The notes under the pieces: model-generated | Seen by the model: only the letters and a program-made list of their open reading frames with translations | Told to the model about the DNA's origin: nothing | Databases searched by the model: none | Part shown: piece after piece, positions 1 to 12,300 of the stretch | Numbering within the stretch: the stretch's first letter is position 1 | Layout of the letters: the number at the start of each line of letters is the position of its first letter | Virus record (IMG/VR): IMGVR_UViG_3300042946_000615 | Coordinates: 7,663-71,662 of that record | Source: a virus | Reading direction: 5' to 3' (one strand) | Length of the DNA stretch: 64,000 nt | Program-made: the position numbers and the translations under genes

Positions 1-3000
1 TGGCTTTCCGTCAAAATCACAGCCAGAACCAACGCAAGATACTGAACTGATTGATATGATGCTTCCTTTATTAGTATATAGCGAAGTCAATGACGATGTT
101 GGTGTTGATGCGGTATCTGTAGTTTGTCCGCCAACAGGAGGAGTCGTTGTTGTGGTTGTATTGTCAGACAAATTAGTAAAAGACAAAGGAGAGGATGCTA
201 TGCTTCCGTCTCCAATAACTAAGTGATCAACATATAGCCAGCCACTAACCGTTAAGTTGGCAAAAACCTGAGACTGTTGTCCTGTTGTTAGATCTGTTCC
301 AGATGCTAATAATTTAGGTATGCTGCTATTGACCGCAACAGCAGACGATCCGGCCATAGAAGGAGCATCAATAGGTTCATAATATGCTGCTTTATGCCAC
401 TGATGAAGGTCGGGTAGCCAATATTTGGCAGTAGACAATTTTCTTAGAATGAAAGAATCATTACCAATAGCATTAACTCTATATGCTCCATTATTTATGG
501 TGGCATCTACACTAGTATCTAATACTGTTGCTGCGGCTCCATTATTGACCCAGTTTATAAAACGTATAGCAGATATGTAGCTTACAAATACAACTGGCTT
601 ATTGTCCATGTTTGGCTTGGTGCTATAAACATATCCCTGATCGCTAATTCTGAGTATGCCCCCAGATTTTTCACTTGACATTTTACTATTATATAAATTA
701 TAGTTATCGTTGTTTTTAGCGACAGCATTTAAAAATTTACAGTATTGACTATTAGTAATTTCATATTTGCTGATTCTATAAGAAGTATTAACCAATCCTA
801 ATCTTGGTATAACTTGTTTAATTGTGCTTGATCCTAATTTAATATTCAACCCATCGCCATCCGGAATGTTCGCTGTGTTTCCTACTAGCGAAAAAGATAA
901 TTGCAATCCACTAACATTATTTGTAACGGTAGATAGATCAGTAACTCCATATGAACTTGCTAATCTAAATCCAACACTCTCAAAACATCCTGACCTTGGC
1001 AATAATTCCATTCCCTTTAATCCGCTTACACTAGTAGTTAAATAAGAACCTCCGGCAGCATATTCTTCACTATCTGAAAACTCAATTTGATTTGGTTTTT
1101 CTATCCATTCTGCGGCATTTCCATTTTGATCATATGTGCCATAAAAGGACGGAGTTCCATTACTTCCAACGCTAGACAAAACTCCAGAGAATAAATTACG
1201 ATCTGTAGTATTATCATAATAATAATTTGCTGATGAATATCCATTAGATATACCAGATCCATTTCCACTAAGAACAACAATTGGGAAAATATCATTTCTG
1301 CGTGTAGCAAAACTATAATATTTGCCTGATGGAACAGATACTCTTCCTGTATTCGCCTTGATTAAAAGAGCTGGTTCTTCGTTAGTTCCATAAACCTCAA
1401 AATTAATATCTTTCTTACCAGTATTAAATACTGTGTCTTTTGATGGTCTTATGCTAAGAATATTAGACGATGAGTCATTAATGATCCCATCTGGAACACT
1501 GGTTTGAATAGTTAAATATCCACCCTTAGTTACTGAATAAACGTCAACAGAGGTAATATCTGCATTGGATAATGGCTCATCAATTAATAAACCATTAATA
1601 TTATCTCCAGACAAGTCAATCTCTGTAACATATCTATAATATGTTGATCCAGAAGATGACAGAGCTATCTGATCTCCTAATGTAAATTCAGTACTAGATA
1701 AGGGCGAAGAGAATGTTACTTGTCTTAAACAGATACTGGCTGTTCTATTGTCAAACTTATCCCAAACTATACTTTGTTCAGTTAGAAAATAATCATCTAG
1801 GCTATATATACCAGTTATACTACCGTTACTTGTTGTGCTTAATAACTTATTACCTGGAACGGATATTCTTAGTGAGCCACCATCGGTTAATGATACTGAC
1901 CCGGCTACTACTTTACCAGAAGGATTAACAGTTAATATACTGCTGGGAGATATATTAGGAATAGTTATATTATCTGTTCGTATATTTGCAATAATAGTGC
2001 CTGTTGATGATATCCCGACAGAATTCAACGTAATACTTGGAGCGGTTACCACTACAGCATTTGTATCAACGCTAATATTAGCATTGCTGTTTGATAACAC
2101 TGACGAACCGCCATTTGTTAAAACTAATTTTTGATTTGAATAACCCAGAGTTGTAGAATCAGTATTGCTGTTTAGGGTTTTAATCTCTGATCCACCAGAT
2201 ATTACAACAATATCCACAGCTCCCTTCTCTGATCCTGATGCTACGACCAATGCTCTAGCCTCTATTCTTCCATAATTTTTTTCAACACCGACAGAGTTTT
2301 TGGCTGCTAAATTAATTTGTGAAATTTTAGTATCATTAGGAATATCTGCTATGGGCTTATGAAACAGTGTTATATTTGCTGGATAGCATTGTGATCTATT
2401 TTCTAATCTGATGCCTTGTTGGCAGCCCGTATTTACTATGTGAAATAAAGTTAATGGTCTTGATCCTGTTGGTATATTTAATCCTATGCGACCATCATAT
2501 GCAAAAAAGAAATTTCTATCCTTCGTACCACTACCGTATACTAAAAAATCGCTACTATAATTAAGATTATTAACTATAAAAGGATATAATCCACTAGTTG
2601 GAATAATGGTATCTGCTAAGGACTCAGAGTTTCCTCCTATGAAAACTCTTTTTGAAGGAGCGTCCCAGTATATATCTGATGTATTGATTTGGTCACTAAG
2701 AATTGAAAAAGTATCAGGATCACCATTCGTTGATTGAGCTTGTATTTTTTCTGGAGGAGCACTATTTAGTACTACCCAATCCTGTCGAGTTGAGGCTAGT
2801 CTAACATAATTATTTGATGAGCTGAGTGTGCATGCTATGGATTGATTATCTTTTTTGATGCATAAGGAGCCGTCTCGACTTAGTAGTTTAAATTCAATAA
2901 TGAGATTATCAGCTTGTGATACTGGGGGCAAAGTGACATTAACATCTTGTGCTGAGTCAACAACATATAATGCGCTTACTGGATCTAGGCGACAATCTTT

Positions 3001-3348
3001 ATCAATAACAACTGTATTATTTAATCCCTTATCAAATGAACTCTGATTAGCAAAAATAAAAAACTCATTACCTGAGTTGGGGAAATCATTAAATTTATTA
3101 CCATTAGAAGATTTAATTATTTGTTTTCTTTTAACCAAAATAATACCATCAACAACTATTACCTCTCCAACTCCAGCTTCATATATTTGCTTACTATTAT
3201 TTCTAGCTATATACGGTATGTCATAACCAATATGATGATTTTCTAATAAGCTAAAATTATTAATTTCAGATAAAGGTTGTATATATCCGTCTTTATTAAG
3301 AAGAAATTTAAATCCTATATTATCAAAAACTCTAATTAAGTTACTCAT
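1..3348 (-). CDS. Large virion/tail protein with a circularly permuted FGE-sulfatase (C-type lectin fold) domain; 3' end lies beyond the window edge
   Basis: ATG at 3348 overlaps the TMP stop (ATGA). It is missing from the ORF track, consistent with no stop before position 1 (>1116 aa; spot-checked in frame). Begins MSNLIRVFDNIG; YEAGVG...R..I.KSSNGN is a fibre-type N-terminus. FGE motifs GTYDQNGNAAEW, VGFRLAS, KYEITNSQY, WHKAAYY. Confidence 0.8.
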   Translation of the reverse strand, partial: MSNLIRVFDNIGFKFLLNKDGYIQPLSEINNFSLLENHHIGYDIPYIARNNSKQIYEAGVGEVIVVDGIILVKRKQIIKSSNGNKFNDFPNSGNEFFIFANQSSFDKGLNNTVVIDKDCRLDPVSALYVVDSAQDVNVTLPPVSQADNLIIEFKLLSRDGSLCIKKDNQSIACTLSSSNNYVRLASTRQDWVVLNSAPPEKIQAQSTNGDPDTFSILSDQINTSDIYWDAPSKRVFIGGNSESLADTIIPTSGLYPFIVNNLNYSSDFLVYGSGTKDRNFFFAYDGRIGLNIPTGSRPLTLFHIVNTGCQQGIRLENRSQCYPANITLFHKPIADIPNDTKISQINLAAKNSVGVEKNYGRIEARALVVASGSEKGAVDIVVISGGSEIKTLNSNTDSTTLGYSNQKLVLTNGGSSVLSNSNANISVDTNAVVVTAPSITLNSVGISSTGTIIANIRTDNITIPNISPSSILTVNPSGKVVAGSVSLTDGGSLRISVPGNKLLSTTSNGSITGIYSLDDYFLTEQSIVWDKFDNRTASICLRQVTFSSPLSSTEFTLGDQIALSSSGSTYYRYVTEIDLSGDNINGLLIDEPLSNADITSVDVYSVTKGGYLTIQTSVPDGIINDSSSNILSIRPSKDTVFNTGKKDINFEVYGTNEEPALLIKANTGRVSVPSGKYYSFATRRNDIFPIVVLSGNGSGISNGYSSANYYYDNTTDRNLFSGVLSSVGSNGTPSFYGTYDQNGNAAEWIEKPNQIEFSDSEEYAAGGSYLTTSVSGLKGMELLPRSGCFESVGFRLASSYGVTDLSTVTNNVSGLQLSFSLVGNTANIPDGDGLNIKLGSSTIKQVIPRLGLVNTSYRISKYEITNSQYCKFLNAVAKNNDNYNLYNSKMSSEKSGGILRISDQGYVYSTKPNMDNKPVVFVSYISAIRFINWVNNGAAATVLDTSVDATINNGAYRVNAIGNDSFILRKLSTAKYWLPDLHQWHKAAYYEPIDAPSMAGSSAVAVNSSIPKLLASGTDLTTGQQSQVFANLTVSGWLYVDHLVIGDGSIASSPLSFTNLSDNTTTTTTPPVGGQTTDTASTPTSSLTSLYTNKGSIISISSVSCVGSGCDFDGKP

Positions 3349-6300
3349 TTAATTGATTTTCCCATTATGGAAGTTGTGTCAGGACCAAATATGCCGCTAT
3401 CTAATTGACCTGGACCCTTGTTTATTTTGTTAAATGCGTTGTTTAGCTGGTTATTTGTTTGTTGTTCCATTGATGGACCCAGTGTAGAAAGGACATTGTT
3501 GGCTGCTTCAGCACCGTTGAATCTGTGTTCGCTTGTAACGTTTCCGGTAAGTTTTATACTATCTGGTAAACTTACAGTACTAAGTTTATCAGCATATGAT
3601 CCCAAGTTTGTTGTGGAGCTCTTTAATCCGTCAACTAATGATTGTGATTGTGATCCGAAATTATCAATAAATCCGGTCATATTTTGATTTAATTGATTAA
3701 TTTGAGATATCTTATCTTCCAAAGAACTAGACATTGACTGTACTATCTTATTTAAAGCAGACTCTATGTCTCCAATGTTAGAACTATTATTAGATACACC
3801 AGGGGCTTGTTTGATAGCATTCGAAAGTTGTTGTCCTCCATCGGCATAATATTTGGGTGCAACAACTCCACCATTGGCCAAATAATTAACAATTCCACCT
3901 CTATTAAAGTGGCCACTATTAATAGCATTAAGGAGAGGCATATGCTTTTGGCTAGATTCTCTATTGACTACAAATTCTCCAGGAGTCAACATGGCTGGCA
4001 CATTATCTGTACCAGAAGCTGCTTGAGCTAATGCTCCATTATTAGCATAAATTAATCCCCCAGTATTATGATGACTTGCTTCATGTCTTTTGTTTGGATC
4101 ACTAGTTACTTTTTGTACAAGTTCTGCTTTATGAAAAGGTTCAATAGTGCTTTTAGCAATTGTATGACCCGTGTGCTCACCCAAATGAGTATATTTATTT
4201 CTTAGTGTTGGCATTCCAAGATCATAAACGCTTTTAATATTAGAAGGCCTATTGCTAGCCAAAGCGCCAGCATCATGAATAGCTACTGTTGATGTCATGG
4301 TTTCTCTAGCCACACTACCTCCTCCCAAAGGAACCTCAATAGTTGGAACCATATCAGGATCAAATATTTTGCTCGTAGGATTTTTTGAGACTTGAATTCC
4401 AAAGTCTTTTATTACAGCTTGTGATGCTAGTTTTGGATCCAGACCCTTACTCGTAAGTCTAGTAGTTTCAGCATTAATAATAGTGCTTGGCTCTAGAGTT
4501 CCCATAGCTGCTTGCTTTACCATATTAGGATCAGCAGATAGCGTGGGACTCTTCTCAACCATTTGTCGTACCGTACTAGCAGAGTCTTTTGCACTTCCAA
4601 GCGTTGCTGTAGCATTATCTAATGCTCCTGGTACCATATCAGCTGTCATTACCTGTGCTGCTTTAGAACCAACTTGTTGAGCATTAGGAAGTGCATATCT
4701 GCTAACAGCAGCTCCAACATCAGCTGATTTTTCTCCTGTTAATGCGTAACTACCTGGCCCGCTATTTCCTGGCCAAAAGAACTTGCCATTACTCTCCGTG
4801 GCTCTCCAAACATCTGGACCTAATACTTCTATTGGTTTGCCTGTGGCAGTGTCGATTGCTGCTTCCACCATAGGAGATACTCCAGCTTGTCCTCCTGATA
4901 GTGTTCGGCTTCCTGCTATACCTTCTCCGTGTCTCCACCATTCCGCAGTTTCTGCTGCTGCGCCAGGAGCAACAGGAGCTGGTCTAACTGAGCTTAAAAC
5001 AGAATTACCTTTTGAAGCAATCTGAGCTTCAGCATGCATTTTTCCTGCTGCTGTAGTAAAATTAGCGATATCCTCTGCGGTTTGTGTTCCGTGAGTAAAA
5101 GGGTCTCTACGGGCATAACTAAGAGTTTCTGCTCCTTGTATTCCCAAATCTGTAACCTTACCAGCTGTTTTGGCTGCCAAAGGAATAGGATCAGCAGCTA
5201 AATTAAATGCACCTTCTCCAACTATTGGAGCAAGACGTTGAACTGTTCCAGCAGCAGTTCCAAACTCATCTGTAACTTGCGCCACTTGACTATCCATAAT
5301 CTCATTAGCAGCAGCAGTGGCTTCTGCTCTTTGTTTTTCATAAACTCCTCCAGATAAATAATCTAGCCCTAGTCCTTGTCCAGCCATAGCTCCGCCAGCT
5401 GCTATATTTGCTGCGCCTAAATCTCCCGTTTGTTGACCGCTTTTAGATAATCCACCAAAAAATCCATCATCGCTAGCACCTAAACCTTGTCCAATATCTC
5501 CAACCATCATACCAGCACCACCAGCGGCTATTTGCATAGCTCCATAACCGGACTTACCAATACCTCCTAATACTTGCATTGGTGGAAGTTCTGCTACAGT
5601 ATGTAGAGCGTGTGGTATGTCTTGTTGAACTTGCTGTAAAGCTAATTGATTAGCGCTATTTGCTGCCATTTCATTAGCAAGATCTCCTTGTGCTCTTGCT
5701 ATCTCCATATCATTAATATTAGCATAATCATTATTTGATGATATACCCATCATATCATTTACATTATTTAGCATAGCTTGTCCAGCTGCGGCATCATAAG
5801 CGCTAATTTGTGGACTTTGTTGTGGCTCAAGTCTCATATCCTTAAATGGGTCATTAGCTGGATCTGCTTGTGTGATAGGACGAATATCTGGTGCTTTTTG
5901 TTCATCATCTGTTCTTCCGCCTGTAGCTAAATATTTTACTGGATTTTCTCGCTTATATTGAAGAATATAGTCCACTCCTTTGTCCATCCATGCTTTTTCA
6001 TCATCAGAAATAGGCATAGGCTTCGGTTTCAGGGGCAGATAACCGGGACCGTCGTAAATAGTAGAACTGGGACCGTCTGGGAAAAAAATGTCTTGCATTG
6101 CCTTTTTTTGTTGTATAGTATTTCTCTTAATTCCTTCAATAAACCATCTAGTTTGTGCAAGTTCATTTTCCTTAGCCGCCCATTCCTCAGGTGGTGGATT
6201 TCTAATGTCATATGGCTTGCCATATACTCGACTCTTATCAGGAGCTTTACGCTTGGTTTTTTTATTAGTTTTCGTCTTACCTCCTTTACTTAAATAATTT

Positions 6301-9300
6301 ATCTCACCTCCTTTACTTTTGTTAATAGCATGTAAAAGTCCCAAATTCTCCTTTGTTGATTTTGCATTAACAACAAACTCGCCAGGAGTTAGCATAGCAG
6401 GAACAGTATCAGTACCCTTTGGTGAAAAATCAATTAATTGTCCATTTTCAGCATATATCAATCCTCCACTAGCTCTTCTGGCTGGTTTTTTAGTCTTGGT
6501 TTTTTCTTTTTGAGGAGATGTTACAGCTTTTACTCCTGACGATATGAGCTGAGCACCTCCAGCAAGAACCGCTCCCTTTTTTATAAGATCTGTTGTTGAT
6601 GATTTGGTGTCTGGAGCAGATGGTAATGGGGTCGTGGGATCTTTATTTAATAAGCTATTATATTTACTTAACTCTTTTACATAGCTAGGATTATCTAATG
6701 GTTTCTGACCCAAAGATCTTGCAACAGCTGCTTCTTCTTGAACTCTCGCTAGCGCATTATTAACGGCTACATCTTGTGGTACTTGTGCTTTAGTACCTCG
6801 AATATCCATTCTGGCTTGTGTAAATTCGTCCATTGCTGAGATTCTTGGCCCGGCGCCTTCGGCTAATACTCTGAATTTTTTAGGTAGTTTTGATATAACT
6901 CCTTTTGTTAATAAGTTTTGATCGTCTAATATCCCTAATATTCTGGATACTGCATGACTTTGTTCATGTAAAGCAGCAAATGTGTCTGTTGGACTTCTTA
7001 GTACTGTTGTGCCAGTGACAGATCCTGGGGCGTCTGGTCTAAAGTAACCTCTACGATTTAATGCTGGATTAATACTAGTAGGTGTCGCCTCGGCTAATTG
7101 TTGAATTCTTTTTGCGACTACTGCTTCTCCCTTGGGAGTTAATCTTTGTGGACTGCTATAGCTTGTTGTTCCTGGCTTTAAGTCGAGCATTTCTGGCGCA
7201 AGAGCTTTGGCTGCTCTTGCGTTTAGTGTTGTGGCATCACCTCCTCCTGTTCCGAATTCTGTTCCTCTCATTGCTCCTTTCTCTATTGCTGAGCTAGCCT
7301 TTGCAATAACTGAATCTTTTCCTCTTTTAACTTCTTTGCCAATATTTTGCCATAGTCTCGCCTCTTCTGCGTCATTAAGCTTTTCAGTTATATTATATCT
7401 GGATTCGTCTAAAGCTTGTTTCATATCTTTATCTATTGCTGATTCTGCTTTAGTTTGTTCTGTTGTCATTTGTCTTTGCGATTTTTGTCCACCAAGAATA
7501 CCTTGTCCTCTACCACTGAGTTGTTCAGCAGTTCTGGCGCTATTTGCCATAGAAGCTATTCCTGCCGTTATCTGAATAAGATCAACAGCATCTTGTGGAG
7601 TGGATTCTCCCTTAATAACTCTTCCAGCAATATCAGGAACTTTTCTAAGAGATGCTCCAGCCGTTACTACTCCAACAGGAGTAAGCATACTAGCAGCAGC
7701 AACTCCAACAGCTGTTATATCTTCTGGTTCAGATGTTCTTAAATAGTTTGTTCCATCGGCAAATAAAACATTACCATTTTTATCAGAATACTGTATAGGA
7801 CCATGTTTCTGGATCATTTCTTCTAAATCTTGTTCTTTTTGGATTTTATTCAAGGTTTGAATAGAAGATGCTCCGGTTCCTCCTTGGGCAAAAATTACAG
7901 GCGGAACACCACCACTATCTCTCCATAAAGTATCTTTTGTCTTAGACTCTAAAGAAGCAAACATTTCTGCGTCCGTTAGTGGACCGGCCAACATAGGATC
8001 CACACCAAGTGCCACAGCATCTTCTTTAGTTAGTTTAGCTTGTGTTTTAGTATCTTGAGATCTATCTCTAGAAGCTTCGAATCTGTTTCTAGCTGATAAT
8101 CTAGCAACATTTTTTCCGTCTGCACTAATTTCCAGACCAGCTGTGTGTCTTTCAGATCCGTCAAGTTTAAAGCCTGTTACATAGTCCACTAGTCCTGCCA
8201 TAAAATTAGAAACCGCCTCGGCTCTTTCTTTAACTCTTTTTGTTCTGTCTGAGCCTATCATTTCTGGCGGCAATGTAGCATCGAATACTTCTGAACCAAA
8301 TAACTTGGGTTTATCGGCACCGTATTTTTTAAATAAGTCTCTAGCTTTTTTAGCTTCAAAATAATCTTCAGCATTTTTATAAGACTCACGAGCCCAGCGC
8401 TCTCCGTCTGGCTTATTAACACCTCTGCCAAGTCCTATTGGATTTAACCCAGCACTGGCCCTGCCAGTAGAACCAAACTCAACCTGAGCATGTCTTAATT
8501 GCTGTAGTCGTTTCTCTCTTTCGTTATCGCTTATGCCTTCTTCTTGAGAATGTTGTCTATATACGTCTATAATTTTTTTGCCTTCATCTATGGCAAATTG
8601 TACTTTTCTTGCAGACTCTTCTGCTGTTCCTGCCCTAGAAGAAGTTGCTTGCTGAGCAACAACCGTTGCTTGTGCTTCTTTATTAGCTGTTGACTGAGTT
8701 ACGGAAGGTGCCAAAGGCTGCTGTGTCTGAACAGGTTGTGATTTTGTTGTATTAACCGGTGACGTTCCGGAAGATGTATTAAGTGGTTTGCCATCTTTAT
8801 CCAGACCCATTACATTTAGTTTCACTTGAGCAATCTGTCTAACTATTGCTGCTTCTCCTCTAGGATCATTAGCCAAAGTCACATAATGCTGTGGTTCCAT
8901 TTTGCTGTAATCTATATCTAATAGTTGGTCGCTAATTGTTCCATCAATATGTGGATATCCAGCATTAGTGGGTTTTACAGGAGTAGTCGGTACGGTCATT
9001 CCTGATGGTGTTGTTTTATCCGCAAGTAAGTCTGGCCAAGATGGAGATTTAGCAATAACATTATTCACATAATCTTTGATTTGACTTGCGTATCTAGGAT
9101 TAGATGGTGATACAACTTGTGGATCTGTTAAAGATGATGATGTTGTGATTGTTTCTGAAGCTAGGGTGGGTTTTGGTAATTGGCCATTAATCGCTTCAGC
9201 CCTTGCTCTGCTTTTGTATGAGGGGTTTCTATAATCATATTCATTTTCGCCCTTATCATAATCGTGGCGACTAATATTTCCGTTTTTGTCTAAGCGGAAT

Positions 9301-12300
9301 GGCTCGGTATTATTGGCCATCCACTGCTTCATTATTGTTGGTCCAAGAGCCGTTGCGGCAAGAGTCCATCTATTTACATAGTCGTTAGCGTCTTGAATCG
9401 GACCCATAGAAGATGCGAATCGGTTCATTAATCCTGTTACACGAGCATTAGCATCTTCTATTGCTGCTTCTTGAGCAGCATTGGGGTCTGCTGCTGAATC
9501 TGCTTTTTTAGTTTTTGATTTACCTTTACGCTCTTCATATAATGATCTTAATTTTGTATATTCTGATTCTTCCTCAGGAGTTCTTCCTTTTGATCCCTTG
9601 AGCCATAGTTGTTTTCTTCTGTTGTCTTCTGTGCGAGATTGTGCTGCTGCAACTTGTGTAGAAGCTTTGGCTCCAACAGCAGTTGATTGTGGAGTAGAGG
9701 GTTCTTTTTCTTGTGCTGGATCTAGTCCTAGCCTTTCTCTTCTGTATTGGTCCTGTCTTTGATATATGTATCTATTATTTTCATTAAGTCTTGCTTGTCT
9801 TTCGGTAATTTTTTTAGCCTTACTTGCTTCAATTGGATTCTCTTTGGTCCATTTTTGCCTTAGTGACTGATATTCTTCTTCTTCGCCTTGTGTTCGTTTG
9901 GCTTTTCCTTTCATATTTAAATTCATCCTTCTTATAGACTCTTGCTTTCGTCTAATTTCAGGATTTAAAACTCTTTGCTCTTCTCTGAGATTTTGATATT
10001 CTATTTCTTCTTCTGGAGTTCTTTTGGCTTTTCCTTTAATATTTAAATTCAGTCTTCTAAAACTATTTTTTTGTTGTCTGATTTCTTCTGCTCTCAATGT
10101 ATCAGATTTTAATTGTGATGATAGTATTTCGTTATAATTTTTATATTCGCTTTCCTCTGAGAATGTTCTCTTATCTGCTTTGTTTTTAAGTTGATCGTAC
10201 CTCTTATTATGAAATGTTCCTGCTTTATTTAACAAACGAAGTAATTTAGCTCTATTCTGTACTTTGTTTCCATATTCTAAAAATTCATTTATATCTATCG
10301 CTTTATCTTTATTTAAATCAAAATCAGAAAAATAGTCCAAAAATTCATTTTCAGATAATATACTATTTTGATCTTTATCAAATCCTCTAAATAACGATGC
10401 TAATCCACCATCTTTAAAATATTTAACTTTGCCACCATTAGCATATCCATTATTAATAGCTTCTAATAGTGGTAAATTTTGGGCTGTAGATTTAGCATTG
10501 ATAACAAACTCTCCCGGACTAAGCATTGCTGGTATAGTATCAGTTCCCTTTGGTTTAAAGTCTATCATCTGTCCTTCAGCGGCATATATTAAGCCTCCAC
10601 GACTAGCCGTAATAGCAGCCTGATTCTGATACTGTTCGCCAAGATCAGTAGTCCCAAGATTAAGTTGAATTGTTTTTGCTCCAGAACTATCTCTTCCTTC
10701 TATTGTGTCATTTCTTGAAAAAGAGTCTGCTAATTGATTTTTTAGGTCAATTATTGCTACAGTAAGATTATCCATAGCGAACACATTAAGTTCCATGGCC
10801 TGAACTTCTCTTAACTTAGCTTGTTCCTCTGTTGCTGCTTTCTGTAAGCCAGCAGCTTCTAGTACCTGATTAGCCGCGGCTTGAGCCATTGGTTCAGACT
10901 CAGGGTTCATCTTTGTTTGGATGGCTTGCATAACAACAGGATTATTTGCAAAGCCACTCTCAATGGCCATTTGTTGCATCATTTTGCCTTCTTGCTGTCT
11001 AAACATATTGTCTAGATCAGCTTCGCTAAGTAATCCTTGTCCAGCAGTTGCTCGTTGATTTTGTATTTGACCCTTGATTATTGCCTTAAACCCAGGATCT
11101 TGCATCAAGCCTAGAGTTTCTTTTCTTTGATTAGCTAGAACAGTATTTCCTGCTCTATATGCTTCTCTCATGCTTCCTGTTTTAAATAGTGCTTCATTAA
11201 ATGCTTTTCTTGCATCTCTTTGATTCCATGGACTATTTAATCCACCAGATAAATTTCGCTGAAGTCTAATAAATGCTTGATTTAAATTGTCTGCTTCTTC
11301 TGGAGTATTTGTTAATAATTTCTCAACAAAAGACTGTCTATCTTTTTGTGTTTCAGCAACATTCTTAGCTTCTTGTAAAGCTCTCTCATACATATTAGTA
11401 CTATTAGCTAATTTATCTAAAGCATCATTATAGTTTTTGATCTTGTCGCTACTGTCTTGTATGTCTTGAGTAAATTGTATAACATCATTAAAGTCTTTAT
11501 TTAGTAATGCGTCATCTCTTTGTTTTACAAGTCCGGTGTTGGGATCATTTATACGATCTGATTCTTGTCTTATCGCTTGGGCAATAGCAACAGGATCGGT
11601 TATTCCTCCTGTCATTTGTGCAACTTCATTTAGAGTTTGACCCTTTGCTTCATTATAGCTTTCTCCAACATCTCTAAAGATTTCTCTAGTATCAATATTC
11701 GCTTTATACATGATTTTATCAGCTTTGCGACGAAGCTCGGTTGATTGTCTAATATAGTCTGAGCTTTGTTGTAAAGACTTTGCAAAATCATTAAGACCAT
11801 TTTGTCTAAACTCAAGCATTGCTTTTGCAGCGTCTGTTGCTTTGCGAGCTAGTCCCTCGCCAAGTGCGGATGAAGACGTTCTGATCTGATCCAAGAATAT
11901 TTCTAATGCTACTTTGCGATTATTAGCTAATCCCTCGTCGCTAATTTTTTCAGATGCATTTTTTACGTATGCTTCTAGCTGACTATTTAATTTTTCTTTG
12001 GTTTCATTATCTAGACCAGAAGAATTGATAATACCCTGTCCAACAGATAAAGCCTGGGCCGAAGCGTCCTCTTTAGTTAATGATGCTTCTGTACTAAGAC
12101 GATCAGCTATCGCTTTGGTCATAACATCTGGCAAAGATTTACTAAAATTAATCATACTTTCAATATTTTTGCCTTCTTTTCCTCCTATTAAATCGGCGGC
12201 TTTGCCAACAGCCAATGCAAAATCTTGTGGGGTATATGCCTGAGGATTTTCTAAAATATTAAGTTCTGGTATATTTATTTCTGGAGGGCCAGATTCACCA

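Noticed and set aside
373-1260. Diversity-generating retroelement targeting the FGE/C-type lectin domain
   Set aside because: No reverse transcriptase and no TR/VR repeat pair seen in the window; one could lie outside it.
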